Under the pieces are notes generated by a model. The model made no database searches. It was given only the letters and a program-made list of their open reading frames with translations, and was not told the origin of the DNA. Positions 1 through 11,351 of a stretch of 64,000 nt of DNA are shown here, piece after piece; the stretch's first letter is position 1, and each line of letters begins with the position of its first letter. Source of the stretch: a virus (Duplodnaviria > Caudoviricetes); the IMG/VR virus record IMGVR_UViG_2885633469_000002, positions 64,001 through 128,000 of that record; one strand, written 5' to 3'. The position numbers and the translations under genes are program-made.

Positions 1-18
1 CTTTCAAAGATATTAAAA

Positions 19-50
19 TAAAAAGGCTAGATTTATTTCTAGCCCTTAAA
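19..50 (-). terminator. Rho-independent terminator after the capsid gene
   Basis: GGCTAGA/TCTAGCC stem followed by a T-run on the minus strand. Confidence 0.6.
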
Positions 51-61
51 ATTGTTTTATA

Positions 62-1057
62 TTATGCTATTTCAAAAGAGCCATACATAGCATTAAATAC
101 TACACCCACTCCAAATTTCTTTTGAAAAGCATATTCCATAGACATATCCATATTGGTTATTCCATCACTAACTTCCTTTATTATAGTTTGTCCCTCATTA
201 ACTAGTTTTACTGGTTTTATGTTGTTTGGTATTATTAATAACTTTTTGTCATTCAATAAGAAATCAAATGTATTTGCTTTATGTACCTGACTTATAGGCA
301 TACATTCTATACCATCCCAATGTGAGATTATACCTTTTAGATTTTTAGCTTCTTTCATTCCTTCTGAAATCCACTCACTGTTAATTGTTCCTGTCATTTT
401 ATTTAAAGCAGTTCTTGTTCCAACTATAGTTATAGGTGCATTACCACAAGAACTAGAAACATGGTCACATATTTCTAACATTCTACTTTCAGTAAAATCA
501 CCTTTTTCTCTAAACGCAGATGGTAGATAAGATGAAGCGTTCATGAACGAAGTATATATTTCACCATTAATAAAATCATCATAAGATTTCTTTACTTTAT
601 TAACAAAAGCTACCCAATCTACTCTACCAGATAAAAACCTCGCAAAATCTGCATATATTTTAGCACCGTAAAATTTAGTTGGTACATTAAAACTTTCACC
701 AACATTTAATTTTTGTCTTCTTATATCCCAATGATTTCCACTAAATCTACTTATTGTTAATAAACTTCTATCTTCAACATAAAACTCATTTTTATCTCCA
801 AAATCTAAATCTTTTCTTTCAACAAATCTTTCAAAGAACATATTCTGATCCCAACCTTCTACTATAAGTTGGTCTATTGTTTCTTCTATAACTTCAAATA
901 TTTCATTTTGATGCCTTCTAAATATTTTATAGTCTATTTTGTCTGTACCCACCATATCAACAAAAGCTTTTCTTATTACCTCGCTTGAATCTTTTGCTGA
1001 AAAATTTGGGACTTGTCCTCTATAAGTATCTAAACATAATTTTGCTAACTCTTTCAT
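62..1057 (-). CDS. Major capsid protein (SPbeta YonB-like)
   Basis: 331 aa; last gene of the terminase-portal-protease-decoration series; strong RBS; resembles SPbeta-type capsid proteins. Confidence 0.8.
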   Translation of the reverse strand: MKELAKLCLDTYRGQVPNFSAKDSSEVIRKAFVDMVGTDKIDYKIFRRHQNEIFEVIEETIDQLIVEGWDQNMFFERFVERKDLDFGDKNEFYVEDRSLLTISRFSGNHWDIRRQKLNVGESFNVPTKFYGAKIYADFARFLSGRVDWVAFVNKVKKSYDDFINGEIYTSFMNASSYLPSAFREKGDFTESRMLEICDHVSSSCGNAPITIVGTRTALNKMTGTINSEWISEGMKEAKNLKGIISHWDGIECMPISQVHKANTFDFLLNDKKLLIIPNNIKPVKLVNEGQTIIKEVSDGITNMDMSMEYAFQKKFGVGVVFNAMYGSFEIA

Positions 1058-1105
1058 ATTTGTTTTCCTCCTTGAATTCTGTAATTTGTTTTAAAATTAT
1101 TTTAT

Positions 1106-1660
1106 TTAAGCTTTTTTAACCTGAACTGGTATAATCTTAGTCATTCTTCCCATATGTCCTGGCATACCAATTACAGTTGTTGTTCCTATTGATTCTAACG
1201 ATAATATTTTTGCTACAAACACTTCTGTTCCATCTAAAGCTTCCACTTCCTTTAACTTAAATGAACCTTCTTGTGCGACAACATAATTGCCCTTCTTTGC
1301 ACCATTTGATTTATCAATAACATCTATCATATTATCACTTACAGAAAATATATCTGTTTCACTTAATTCATAAGCTCTACTTGCTTCATTTGCTGGTATT
1401 GAATAGTTTTCTAAAGCATAATCACTCATTGTTCTTTCTTCGTAATTTATTTCAGGATTGGCTACAAGAACTATCTTATCTTTTTTAATACTATCAGCCG
1501 TAGGTTTTACAAGAGAATACACTTCTCTTTCACCATCTATTAATTCACCTAAATGTCCTATAAATCCATTTTGTAACTCTTCATTTGTCTGAACAGAGTA
1601 TATATGTCCTACATAACAACTTTTAACTTTATCTAATCTAACTATACCTTTCTTTTCCAT
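1106..1660 (-). CDS. Head decoration/structural protein (YonC-like)
   Basis: 184 aa between the protease/scaffold and capsid genes; synteny. Confidence 0.6.
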   Translation of the reverse strand: MEKKGIVRLDKVKSCYVGHIYSVQTNEELQNGFIGHLGELIDGEREVYSLVKPTADSIKKDKIVLVANPEINYEERTMSDYALENYSIPANEASRAYELSETDIFSVSDNMIDVIDKSNGAKKGNYVVAQEGSFKLKEVEALDGTEVFVAKILSLESIGTTTVIGMPGHMGRMTKIIPVQVKKA

Positions 1661-1708
1661 ATTATTTCCTCCTTAAATTTGTTAATTTATTTTACTTAAT
1701 AGATGGTT

Positions 1709-3151
1709 TTACTTTTCAACATATTTGTTTAATAAACCACCATAACCATCATCTTGGTCTTCTGTTTTTTCCACTTGGAATTTTACAGTTTTCTTTTCTT
1801 CTGTTGAGTTTTTAGAAAACTTCCTTTGATTTTTAACATATAATAACGCTAATTCTTTTTCTAAATCCTCTAATTTCTGAAATTTATTAGAAGTGTTTTT
1901 TAGTTCACTAAATTCTTTAACATCTTCTAATTCTTCGTATTGTGAAAACAATTCATTCTCTGCTTGTTTTCTATCTTCTTTTAATCTTGAAGATTTAAAT
2001 TCGGATAACTTTTTATTTTCATTTTCTAAATTAGAATATTTTACTTGTAATTCTTTATATTCTTTTGTAGGTGTTACATTACATTTTGAAATTGTTTTTT
2101 TAATTAAATTACTTGAGAAGTCTTTTACTATTTCATCAAATTCTTTCTTTAATTTTGAAAAATCAGCAGTTACATTTACATCTTCTCCAACAATTTCCTT
2201 CCAATCACCCCTCATATAAGGTTTTTTACTATCATAATCTAATTTGGCAACATCTCCTGTAATTGTATAAGGAATACCATAATAGTAACTCCAAGTTTTA
2301 CAGTCCGTAACTATTGCTAAATTTTCAGAAACAATCAAGTCAGAAACACAATATTCTGCTGTTTCTATTTTATCTCCACACCAGTCTTCAATTGTAATTG
2401 TTCTCTTAGCTAATTCTTTTCTTAATATCTCATAAATTTGATCATTACTTAAAGTATATTTTGTTTTACCCACATTATCTTCCTCGCTTTCCTTCATATA
2501 TTCTTTAAACATTTCTAACTTATTTTGAATTTCCTTTGCAAAATTTTTATATGAAAACTCTTGCAACTCAACTGACGCTGAACGCATCGCAGGTTGTACA
2601 TCTTTTCCTAATATACAAGCACCAAAGAATTGAAATTTTGTATAATGAAATAACTCATCTTCATCAAAAAAACCATCATAGTTTTCGTGCAGTTCCATTG
2701 ATTGCTGTTTTTTTACATCTCTATTCATAATGTCCTGTATATCAGTCCATTTATTCCATATAAGTCCTTCACAAGTTAAAAAAGTTCTTTCTATACCATC
2801 ATCACAAACTCTACTTTCCAATTTGGCATTATTTGTTTCAGGAATAACACCTACCGCCTGTCCTAAATATTTAATTTTACATTCCCCATTTTGTACTGTT
2901 AAAACTTCTCTATGATCAGAACAATCTTTTTCTCCATCGCTATTATCTTCTATATATGTCAATATAGGCGTATTTGCTAATGATGGAATAGCTTTCTTAG
3001 TAACCTCTTCATCAAAATAACTACCATTTAAGTTTTTCCCTAGATGCATAAGCCAAATTTTAACTGTTGTAAATCGAGTATCTTTGACATCAAACTCATT
3101 TAATTTCTGAAAGATAATTGGAACATTTGTATTTAGTCTCTTTTTTTTCAT
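1709..3151 (-). CDS. Prohead protease/scaffold (YonD-like)
   Basis: N-terminal HLGKNLNGS and QSMEL...GACILG..VQPAM motifs; coiled-coil C-terminus; start moved to ATG 3151 behind GGAGGTG. Confidence 0.7.
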   Translation of the reverse strand: MKKKRLNTNVPIIFQKLNEFDVKDTRFTTVKIWLMHLGKNLNGSYFDEEVTKKAIPSLANTPILTYIEDNSDGEKDCSDHREVLTVQNGECKIKYLGQAVGVIPETNNAKLESRVCDDGIERTFLTCEGLIWNKWTDIQDIMNRDVKKQQSMELHENYDGFFDEDELFHYTKFQFFGACILGKDVQPAMRSASVELQEFSYKNFAKEIQNKLEMFKEYMKESEEDNVGKTKYTLSNDQIYEILRKELAKRTITIEDWCGDKIETAEYCVSDLIVSENLAIVTDCKTWSYYYGIPYTITGDVAKLDYDSKKPYMRGDWKEIVGEDVNVTADFSKLKKEFDEIVKDFSSNLIKKTISKCNVTPTKEYKELQVKYSNLENENKKLSEFKSSRLKEDRKQAENELFSQYEELEDVKEFSELKNTSNKFQKLEDLEKELALLYVKNQRKFSKNSTEEKKTVKFQVEKTEDQDDGYGGLLNKYVEK

Positions 3152-3165
3152 TTGTTCACCTCCTC

Positions 3166-4686
3166 TCAGCAATATCTATCCCTATTAGAATCATTTTCTC
3201 TGGTTTGTTCCCCAGCTTCTTGTAAGTCCTCTGTATCTTTCCTCGGCTTACCAACTTTTTTTTCTTCATTAGTTTGAGTATGGCTACTATTAAGTGGTAA
3301 CCAACTTTCATGTAATTTCAATACATCATTTTCTAACCATGTATTGATTTGCATATCTATAGGAGAAAGTCCTACCAACGAACCTAAAATTGTTTTTACA
3401 GGTACTCCATATTGTGCTAACTTGAAATGCTTGTCTATCATTTTTTCTTGGTTATTAATAGTAACGTCCAAAAAACTAAATTTATAGTTAAATTGGTTAT
3501 TAGAAAATTTTATTTTTCTATTTATCCATCTAGTACACTGTTTTAAAATTTTAAAAACAATAGATTCATCTGTTTTTATAGATAAATCTACAACAGAACC
3601 ACTATTACCTTTTGAATTAAATAAATTTCCATTTACTCCAGCACTAGACCAAAATAAGTCTTCGGCTTCAATAACTCTATCGTTATTAAGAGTATCTCTT
3701 TCAAATTTAATAGAATCAATCTTCATAGGGGTTAGTATAGCCCCTATTTGGTCAGGCAAAACATTTAACGCTTGGGTATAGAAATCCTTTGCTGTAGTAA
3801 AATCTAACATAGGGACATCAGGTTCTTTATTACTCATTGGAATATTCATTGATAACAATTGATAATTTCCTATTTCTTCTTTTGCTTTTTTAAGCAGTTT
3901 ATAATCATTAATATCATATAAAGCTTCAAATACATTGGCAAAAGGAGGTATGGGATACTCTATTTCTTCATTTATTTTAATACAAATAGTTTTTTTACTA
4001 TTTAATTCTTGATATCTGTTATTCTTCCTATCCTTTAAATATCTATTGTATTTTGTTTCGAATTCTTTTCCATATTCCTGTAATTTTTCTTTTTTATTAT
4101 CAAAAAACGTAAAGTCAAATTGATAATTATAAACACCATCTTCTATTGAACTTATAGAGCAATAATCTGGGTCTAAATTTTTAATAAAATAAGAATCTGT
4201 CGTTTCATATTCGTATCCATAAAAAATATCTTCTTTAAATGCTATCGTTAATATCTTTGCAAACTCATGGGCAAGATTCATTTTATCAATCTTTCTACAT
4301 ATCGTATAATATTCTTTTAAAAACTTTTTTTTATTAATTTTTGAAAAATCTATTATCCCTGTAGGTTTAAAATCATAATAAAATAAAGACATATTAGCAA
4401 AATAGTTAATAAGTCTTTTATAATGTGCTGAATTAACATATAAAAATCTTGATATTTCTCTTAGTGCTTTTTCATATTTTTGTGGATTTTGTAAATAGTC
4501 TATAACATCTTGTTTTTTATATTTTTTAAAAAAACTATTCTTTTTATTATTTTTGTTTAAATCATGTACTACTAAAGATGCTAAACTAGAAAAGAATATT
4601 TGCATTTTTTGTTTCTCTTTTTCTTCTTCTGAAACTTCTGTTACTTTTACTTCAGGCAAACTTTCACCTTCTTTCTTTTTATACAC
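3166..4686 (-). CDS. Portal protein (YonE-like)
   Basis: About 500 aa directly after the terminase; true start probably the TTG near 4659 behind an AAGGTG RBS. Confidence 0.75.
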   Translation of the reverse strand: MYKKKEGESLPEVKVTEVSEEEKEKQKMQIFFSSLASLVVHDLNKNNKKNSFFKKYKKQDVIDYLQNPQKYEKALREISRFLYVNSAHYKRLINYFANMSLFYYDFKPTGIIDFSKINKKKFLKEYYTICRKIDKMNLAHEFAKILTIAFKEDIFYGYEYETTDSYFIKNLDPDYCSISSIEDGVYNYQFDFTFFDNKKEKLQEYGKEFETKYNRYLKDRKNNRYQELNSKKTICIKINEEIEYPIPPFANVFEALYDINDYKLLKKAKEEIGNYQLLSMNIPMSNKEPDVPMLDFTTAKDFYTQALNVLPDQIGAILTPMKIDSIKFERDTLNNDRVIEAEDLFWSSAGVNGNLFNSKGNSGSVVDLSIKTDESIVFKILKQCTRWINRKIKFSNNQFNYKFSFLDVTINNQEKMIDKHFKLAQYGVPVKTILGSLVGLSPIDMQINTWLENDVLKLHESWLPLNSSHTQTNEEKKVGKPRKDTEDLQEAGEQTRENDSNRDRYC

Positions 4687-4701
4687 TAAATTATTTTACA
4701 T

Positions 4702-6501
4702 TTAAATTTTTCTTATATTTGGTGCTTTAAAACCAAACAAATCTGATATATTTAAATTAGATTTTCTTGGCTTTTGCAAATCTCTTTCTTTTTCAGTTAT
4801 ATAATAATTTCCATATGCAATTGATATATATCTATCTTTTGTCCCACTTCTAGGTTCTACTAATTTAATCTTACTATCTCCTGTCAATTCGTAAGATAAA
4901 TTTATCATTTCATTAATTAATAAATCAGTTTGCAAATTAGGCATTTCAAAATTAGCTTGTTCTTCTGGATTTGCATTATTGTATTCTTTTTTCTTTGATA
5001 AATAATCTTTTGCTTCTATTGAATTTACTAGAAATTTAATTTTTCCTTTTTCTAAAGCGTTTTTCATAAAAGTATGTATTTGATGATTTAAAGTAGCATT
5101 TGCTTTTATACTATATATTACAGGTAAAGCTTGTTTGTTTTTGATTCTTTCTGCGACATTTTCATCATTAAAACAAGTCCATGCAGAATATTCACAGTCT
5201 CTCTTTTCATCATATAACACTTTCCCTAATTCGTCACTTATTCCAAGTCCTGCATTTTGTGTGTCTAAGCATATTATATCTGCATTAAAATCTGTAAAAA
5301 TTTGTTTTATTCTAATTGCTTGTTCTGTTGTATTACCACCATTAAAAGCTTCAATGTAAACAACTTGTCTTTCATAAGAATCCTTTACAGGCAAAGCCCT
5401 TATGCAAGAAATTGCGGTATTATCATTACCTTTTCTTTTAACCATAGCTATATCGACAGAAACAACCCTTAATTCGCCATTTTGTTTTGATATATCAAAT
5501 GTATTTTTTTTCTTTTCTACAAAATCTATATGTTTTCTTGGATAAAATGCTTTTTTAATTGTTTGTTGCTTACTTAATAAATTAAATTCATAATAAGCAT
5601 TTTCAGCTCCACCAACCATAAGATTTTGATATTCCATAGCAAAGGACATATTGTCTAATTTCTTCTTTTCTTTAATTAATTGTTTCTTTGTTCTTATACC
5701 ATGTTTTAATGTGATAGCATAATCAAATCCTATTAACAATGAATCTTTTGTTTTATACATCATATTTACAGCCATTTTCATGTGTTCCCACATCCAATGT
5801 GACTTATGCCATGCAGAAGATATATATATTTCCATAGGTTCTTCTTTTAAATGCTCATATTCTTTCTTTTTCAAGTATCGTGCTGGTCTAACAATCAAAA
5901 ATGGAGAAAGTACAGAATCTATAATTTCCTTTTTTATCATTCTAAATTCTTCATAAATTATTACGGTGGCTCTTAAACCTCTAGCATTGTCAGATGCAGG
6001 ACACACCGTAATAGTTGAACCATTATGAAATATGACTTCTGTTTGATTAGAACTTGTTTTTATGTCTTTGATTTCTCTAGCTAAGTTTGGACTATCAGGT
6101 ATTAATTCCTTTTGTATTTTTTCCGTTACTATTAAAGATGCTTGACCTTTTGTGGCTGAAGCAATGACAATCTTGCTATTTGGAAAAAGTATACATCTAG
6201 CACAAGCAAAAATAGCTATTATAAAAGATTTTGCAGCAGCACGACAAGCTACTACTACAATTAAAGGATACAAATTCATCAAATAAATTAATATTTTTTG
6301 ATACAAATGTAATTCTAATTGTAAATAATGTTCTACAAATCTATGTAAATTACGTCTATAAAAAGTTACCCAGTCTATTAATTTTTTCTCGAACTCTATT
6401 TTTTTACTTACTTTCTTAATGTGATTTTTAGGCTTTTTAGCTAAGTTTTTAACATTCATATTCTTTTTTCTTTCAGTTTGATAATTTTTGTAAGAAGCCA
6501 T
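4702..6501 (-). CDS. Terminase large subunit (YonF-like)
   Basis: LHLYQ Q-motif, ACRAAAKS Walker A variant, IIYEE Walker B, C-terminal nuclease motifs VSVDIA and KDRYIS. Confidence 0.9.
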   Translation of the reverse strand: MASYKNYQTERKKNMNVKNLAKKPKNHIKKVSKKIEFEKKLIDWVTFYRRNLHRFVEHYLQLELHLYQKILIYLMNLYPLIVVVACRAAAKSFIIAIFACARCILFPNSKIVIASATKGQASLIVTEKIQKELIPDSPNLAREIKDIKTSSNQTEVIFHNGSTITVCPASDNARGLRATVIIYEEFRMIKKEIIDSVLSPFLIVRPARYLKKKEYEHLKEEPMEIYISSAWHKSHWMWEHMKMAVNMMYKTKDSLLIGFDYAITLKHGIRTKKQLIKEKKKLDNMSFAMEYQNLMVGGAENAYYEFNLLSKQQTIKKAFYPRKHIDFVEKKKNTFDISKQNGELRVVSVDIAMVKRKGNDNTAISCIRALPVKDSYERQVVYIEAFNGGNTTEQAIRIKQIFTDFNADIICLDTQNAGLGISDELGKVLYDEKRDCEYSAWTCFNDENVAERIKNKQALPVIYSIKANATLNHQIHTFMKNALEKGKIKFLVNSIEAKDYLSKKKEYNNANPEEQANFEMPNLQTDLLINEMINLSYELTGDSKIKLVEPRSGTKDRYISIAYGNYYITEKERDLQKPRKSNLNISDLFGFKAPNIRKI

Positions 6502-7421
6502 TATTCATCACCAGCTTCTTCATCTTCATTCCCATCTTCTACATTAAAATCTTTATCAAAATCTCTTGAGCCTGTTAATAAGTTTTTTAACGGTCTGTAT
6601 ATCATTCTATCTAAATATTCTAAGAATCCATCAAAATCAACATATATCTTTTTATCTTTAAAATATTCAGCAGGTTTATATTTTTCTATATCTTTAATCC
6701 ATAGTCCTAAAGCACTCATATTTTCAGGGTCATTTGCGACATTAGCATCTTTAGGAGTTAACCCACCATCAGATAACAATTTTCTATACGTCTCCTCTAG
6801 CTTGTCTACATTTTCTCCTTTTTCTCTTGACTTCATAATTTCTAGTTCCTTTAAGCATAAAAATTTATATGTTTTTTCTTCTGCTAATGTATCGCATTTA
6901 TATCTGGTAGTCCATTCCGTAAAAGCACTATCCAAGAATTCATAATCTTCGGGTGTGTAATCTTTTCCTCTACCCCAAAAACGTATCATTTCTTTTGTAA
7001 TTTTAAAATCTGAATTAATTGTAATCTCAGGAATTCCTTCTTGTCTTTTAATATTCTTCTTTTCAATTTCTAATTTTTCTTCTGTTTCTCCATCTTTCCA
7101 TGTAGCATTTTTTGCTATTCCTCTATTTAAATTTAATCTTGTAATATAATCACCTAGAGGATTCTTAGGTTTCTTCCCTAATACTTTTAAAAATATATCA
7201 TTAAAAAATGGCTTATTTAAGTAATTTTTTAATACATCTTTTAATGCAGTAGCATCTATATCACCATTTACATCACAAGCTAGTATTTGTAAACACTTCT
7301 TGCAAATTGGACAAATTCCATTATATAGTTTTTCATACTGTGGTAAATTACTTGAATAAAAACCAGCTTTGGTCATTTTGCCTTCGCAATTCTTACATTT
7401 TATTTTTTGTTCACTAGCCAT
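6501..7421 (-). CDS. Probable terminase small subunit (YonG-like)
   Basis: CxxC...CPICKKC zinc motif; coupled to terL; start moved to ATG 7421. Confidence 0.55.
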   Translation of the reverse strand: MASEQKIKCKNCEGKMTKAGFYSSNLPQYEKLYNGICPICKKCLQILACDVNGDIDATALKDVLKNYLNKPFFNDIFLKVLGKKPKNPLGDYITRLNLNRGIAKNATWKDGETEEKLEIEKKNIKRQEGIPEITINSDFKITKEMIRFWGRGKDYTPEDYEFLDSAFTEWTTRYKCDTLAEEKTYKFLCLKELEIMKSREKGENVDKLEETYRKLLSDGGLTPKDANVANDPENMSALGLWIKDIEKYKPAEYFKDKKIYVDFDGFLEYLDRMIYRPLKNLLTGSRDFDKDFNVEDGNEDEEAGDE

Positions 7422-7487
7422 TTTCCATTCACTTCCTTTCTTTCCCAAATAATAAAAAGAAGCTACATAGTAGCAACCTCTCTAAAA

Positions 7488-8306
7488 TTAATTTTCTTTT
7501 TTCAATTCGTATTTAATTTTTAAAATCATATCTAGCAATTTTTCTCTAGTCATTACAGTATTATTACAATTAGGTATTTTACTAAATTCATTTTGAAGTT
7601 TATTTAAATTTTCTTTTAAAAACATATAATTATCTATATCACCAATTTCAGGAATTGAATATATCTCAAATTCATCATAATAATTAATAAAATCATCTAT
7701 TCTTAATTTTTTTAGCCAATTACAATTTGCATTTTTATTAAATTGTTTAAAATTTTCTTCTGTAGTTTCATGGATACTAACATTTGTAGGAAACATTTTT
7801 CTTGTTAAAGTTTTATATCCATTGTTAAAACTATTAAATGATATAATCTGATTTGCACTAATATTTGATATATTATAAGGTAAACTTTCATCAAATATTA
7901 TTAAATCAAAATGAGGCTTTAAACTCCTTGTTTCTTCATTTTTGTACCAATATATTTCAGAAATATTTCTGTCTTCATATTCTATACTTAATGATGTATA
8001 ATATCTATCATTTGTTTTGTTTGTCTTAATATTTTTTATGTTTGAATTGTTTGATAACTTTTTAATTTCATCTATTTTTGAACAAAAGTATACAAAAAAA
8101 CTATTTATAGGAGCTACATATAAAACTCTCCTTGGTCTGCTTCTTAAAACTTTACACATAGCTGTAAATGTTTTTCCTAAACCTCTTGATCAATTTACTA
8201 TCATTGTAGAATTTTTATCTTCTACTACTTTTCTTTGATAATCATAAAGAAAAATAAACTCATCATTGTAAAATTTACTTTCATTAAAATTGCTTGTCTC
8301 TAACAT
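7488..8306 (-). pseudogene. Terminase-like P-loop ATPase fragment with an in-frame TGA
   Basis: ATG 8306 is in frame with ORF 7488-8159; reads LYDYQ...IVN*SRGLGKT with TGA at 8190-8192. Confidence 0.6.
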
Positions 8307-8475
8307 AATCCACTCTCACTCTCTTATTTTATAAATAATAAAAACACACCAATACTGATGTGCTTTATAATACTTACAAAAATATTCAATAATAAATAAA
8401 GCCACCATCATTTAGACAGTAGCTTTGTTTATTAAATTGTTATTAATTAACTTTTAATAAAATTCCTATTTTAAC

Positions 8476-9057
8476 CTATTCCTCTGTTCTTTCTAAACAA
8501 AATTCTTCTAAAACCATACCTGCAAATTCAGTTAAAGCATGTCCCAAAACTTCCTCTTTACATTCATTATCCAATATTAAACCAACATAATCCTCTATCA
8601 AATCAGCTAACTCTAAATAACAGTCGACTGTTTCCTCCATTTCATTGTCTTCACATTCTTCACAACATTCACAGCAATCACAATTGTCTTCATCATAATC
8701 TATTATTTCTACCTGAAACTCTACCTCGTCTCGTCCAGTCTCTAAATAATTAAATAAAGTAGGATTATCCTTTAGAATTTTATTATCTATAATAAAATAA
8801 TTACTACTTGTTATTTTTATTTTATTATTAGATTTTAATGGCTCGACACAGAAACATTTCTCTCCAAATTTAGTAACATAATATTCATTCACATCTGATT
8901 GTAAGTCAATTCCTTTATATTCTTTATAATCCATAATACCAAACTCATACATTAACAAATCTGCTAATTCATAGTTGCAAATTGCTTGTATCTCATCCTC
9001 TTCAGTGAACTTATCTACCACATATTTTATAAATTCATCATAATTATCTAATCTCAT
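8476..9057 (-). CDS. Hypothetical acidic protein with a Cys-rich tract
   Basis: 193 aa, RBS, CDCCECCEEC run. Confidence 0.6.
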   Translation of the reverse strand: MRLDNYDEFIKYVVDKFTEEDEIQAICNYELADLLMYEFGIMDYKEYKGIDLQSDVNEYYVTKFGEKCFCVEPLKSNNKIKITSSNYFIIDNKILKDNPTLFNYLETGRDEVEFQVEIIDYDEDNCDCCECCEECEDNEMEETVDCYLELADLIEDYVGLILDNECKEEVLGHALTEFAGMVLEEFCLERTEE

Positions 9058-9114
9058 ATTTAAAATCTCCTTTATAATTATATTTCATTAAATTATTTTA
9101 TATTATTTTGTTTT

Positions 9115-10332
9115 TTAATTTAAAATAATATCATATGTAATTCTTCTACCTCTACCTTCTTGAAAAATATCAAATATAATTCCTGCTTTTGAACCTGTTA
9201 ATAAATCATCACTATAATCATCACTTCCCATAATACTAGGAGTTATTATTATCTCACAATTATTGTTAATACCATTCATAACTGTTTTATTCATTTTGTG
9301 ATGTAAATGTCCTAAGTACAAATAATCTATAAAAGTCCTATATTGCATAGATAAGTTTTGTATTGCTTTTTCTATGTTTTTTATTTTATGTTTTCCAAAA
9401 ATTTTATATCCAAATATGTCTAATTTAATATTTCCATCCTCATACTCAGGAATTATTATCCTATTATTTTCAGATAACATGTCTTTTATGTACATAAACA
9501 CAACTCTTTCCATATTCTCTTTAGGAAACATATCTGCTTTAGTACCTAAAGGTCTTATTTGACTATGGTTTCCTGTATAAGAGTGATGATAAGTTATTTC
9601 AATATGCTTAGATAATTCATTTAAAAAATTAACCATATATCTTGCATACCTTATTACCATATCTGTCATCCCCATTTGCAAACTCATCAATTGAGATACT
9701 CTTAAACACATTCCTTCTATGTTATCTCCTAGATTCAAAATATGTATATGATTCAATTTTTGCTCATTGCAAACATTTAATATTTCTTCTGTAATTTGAT
9801 TCATCCTTTGATAAAATATATCCTCAGAATAATTATTATTTAAACTTGAAAATATTTTCCCGAAATGTTCATCGGCTAAAACAACTACTCCTTCTTTTGG
9901 TGAATTATTTTCTTTAATTATTGGTTTAAATTCTGGCACATTCACTCGTCCTATAGACTTTTGCAATTCTTCAAATAATAAATCATTTCTTGATTTTTCT
10001 CTGAGAATTTTATTATATTCTATAGATATAGTTTGTTTCTTTTTTCTCTCTTCTTCTAATTCAATCTTTTTCATTTCTATTTCATTTAAAATATCATCAT
10101 CTTTTATATTATTCTTCATTTTATTTTTAAAATATTTCATTACATTGTAAGAACTGAACTCTGTTGTATTACAGGCTTTTCTCAGAGAATCTCTATGTAT
10201 ATTTAGATTTAAATAATCAATAATGCTTTGCCAATCTAAATCTTGTGGGTTTTCTTCGCATTTGATTTCTATAAGTCTTAACCCGTATTCAAAATCCGTT
10301 TCATTTTCTTTTTTTAAATATCTATTCGACAT
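9115..10332 (-). CDS. Calcineurin-like metallophosphoesterase
   Basis: DEHFG, LGDNIEG, GNH and GHLHH motifs; start ATG 10332. Confidence 0.8.
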   Translation of the reverse strand: MSNRYLKKENETDFEYGLRLIEIKCEENPQDLDWQSIIDYLNLNIHRDSLRKACNTTEFSSYNVMKYFKNKMKNNIKDDDILNEIEMKKIELEEERKKKQTISIEYNKILREKSRNDLLFEELQKSIGRVNVPEFKPIIKENNSPKEGVVVLADEHFGKIFSSLNNNYSEDIFYQRMNQITEEILNVCNEQKLNHIHILNLGDNIEGMCLRVSQLMSLQMGMTDMVIRYARYMVNFLNELSKHIEITYHHSYTGNHSQIRPLGTKADMFPKENMERVVFMYIKDMLSENNRIIIPEYEDGNIKLDIFGYKIFGKHKIKNIEKAIQNLSMQYRTFIDYLYLGHLHHKMNKTVMNGINNNCEIIITPSIMGSDDYSDDLLTGSKAGIIFDIFQEGRGRRITYDIILN

Positions 10333-10379
10333 TACCTCTCTCCTTTTAAAATACAATTATTGAATTATTTTATATTTAA

Positions 10380-10526
10380 TTAATCCAATAAGAACTCACA
10401 TCCATTTTCACAATAAACCACTACTGTATTAACTCCAATTGCTTCTGTACTAAATTCATCTAATATTATTTCTCTACCACATTCTTTACATCTGATTTTT
10501 TGTCCATATCTTTCTTTCATATTCAT
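10380..10526 (-). CDS. Small zinc-ribbon-like protein (48 aa)
   Basis: Read by hand, below the ORF-track cut-off: MNMKERYGQKIRCKECG...YCENGC; AGGAG RBS. Confidence 0.5.
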   Translation of the reverse strand: MNMKERYGQKIRCKECGREIILDEFSTEAIGVNTVVVYCENGCEFLLD

Positions 10527-10574
10527 CTTTTAAAAATTCTCCTTTTAAAATATGTATTATTTATATTTATTAAA

Positions 10575-11351
10575 TTATTTATCCATTCTTAAATCACTAT
10601 ATTGACTTTTACAAATATTTTCTATGATTTTAGACCTTTCTTCAAAGATTACTCCTGCTGTAACCAATCCGATTATCATATTCTGTAAAAAATCTATTGC
10701 TTTATTATGTTTTATTTGTAAATGCTCTCTTGTTTCTTTATCAACATAACCTAATTTACTTCTTACTTCATTTGCTTTAAATCCTAATAAATTTTGATTT
10801 ATCATATTACTTTCTCTAATCATTAAATAATTAATATCAAATTCAGTAACATTATTATGCTTACTAGAATAATCTTTTATAATTGCTTCTTTCATTAAAT
10901 TATAATTTTCTTTCTCTGGTTCTCTAACTTCATTATGTTGCTGAAGTCCTCGAATTGATTTTTCAATTAATATAAAATATTGTCTAAACCTATATGAGTT
11001 TTCTGTTCTTGCCATCATAGATAAATGTTTTGCCATTTCTATAGATATAGAAAAATCTTTAGCAAAATTTCCTTCAGACCTTGATTTGTCTCCATTCGTC
11101 TTAAAGAAGAGTGACTTCCAATCAATATTTTCTTTGAAAAATTCATTGTTTAATATGTTTTTCTTACTCCATCTTGACCAGTTTGTTTCTTTTAAACCTA
11201 ATTTAAGATATAGTTCTCTAGCACTGTCAATTTCTTTCGCCTCATTTATTAATAATTCTGGAAATTTTCTTTGACATTCCATTGTTAATTTAACTTCTTC
11301 TTCATTAAAACCTAAAACTTCTTTTAAAAATCTTTTACTAAATTTTTTCAT
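10575..11351 (-). CDS. AntA/AntB-type antirepressor
   Basis: SARELY..LG....WSRW, F.ENIDW and SIEMAKHLSM..R.YFI motifs. Confidence 0.75.
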   Translation of the reverse strand: MKKFSKRFLKEVLGFNEEEVKLTMECQRKFPELLINEAKEIDSARELYLKLGLKETNWSRWSKKNILNNEFFKENIDWKSLFFKTNGDKSRSEGNFAKDFSISIEMAKHLSMMARTENSYRFRQYFILIEKSIRGLQQHNEVREPEKENYNLMKEAIIKDYSSKHNNVTEFDINYLMIRESNMINQNLLGFKANEVRSKLGYVDKETREHLQIKHNKAIDFLQNMIIGLVTAGVIFEERSKIIENICKSQYSDLRMDK

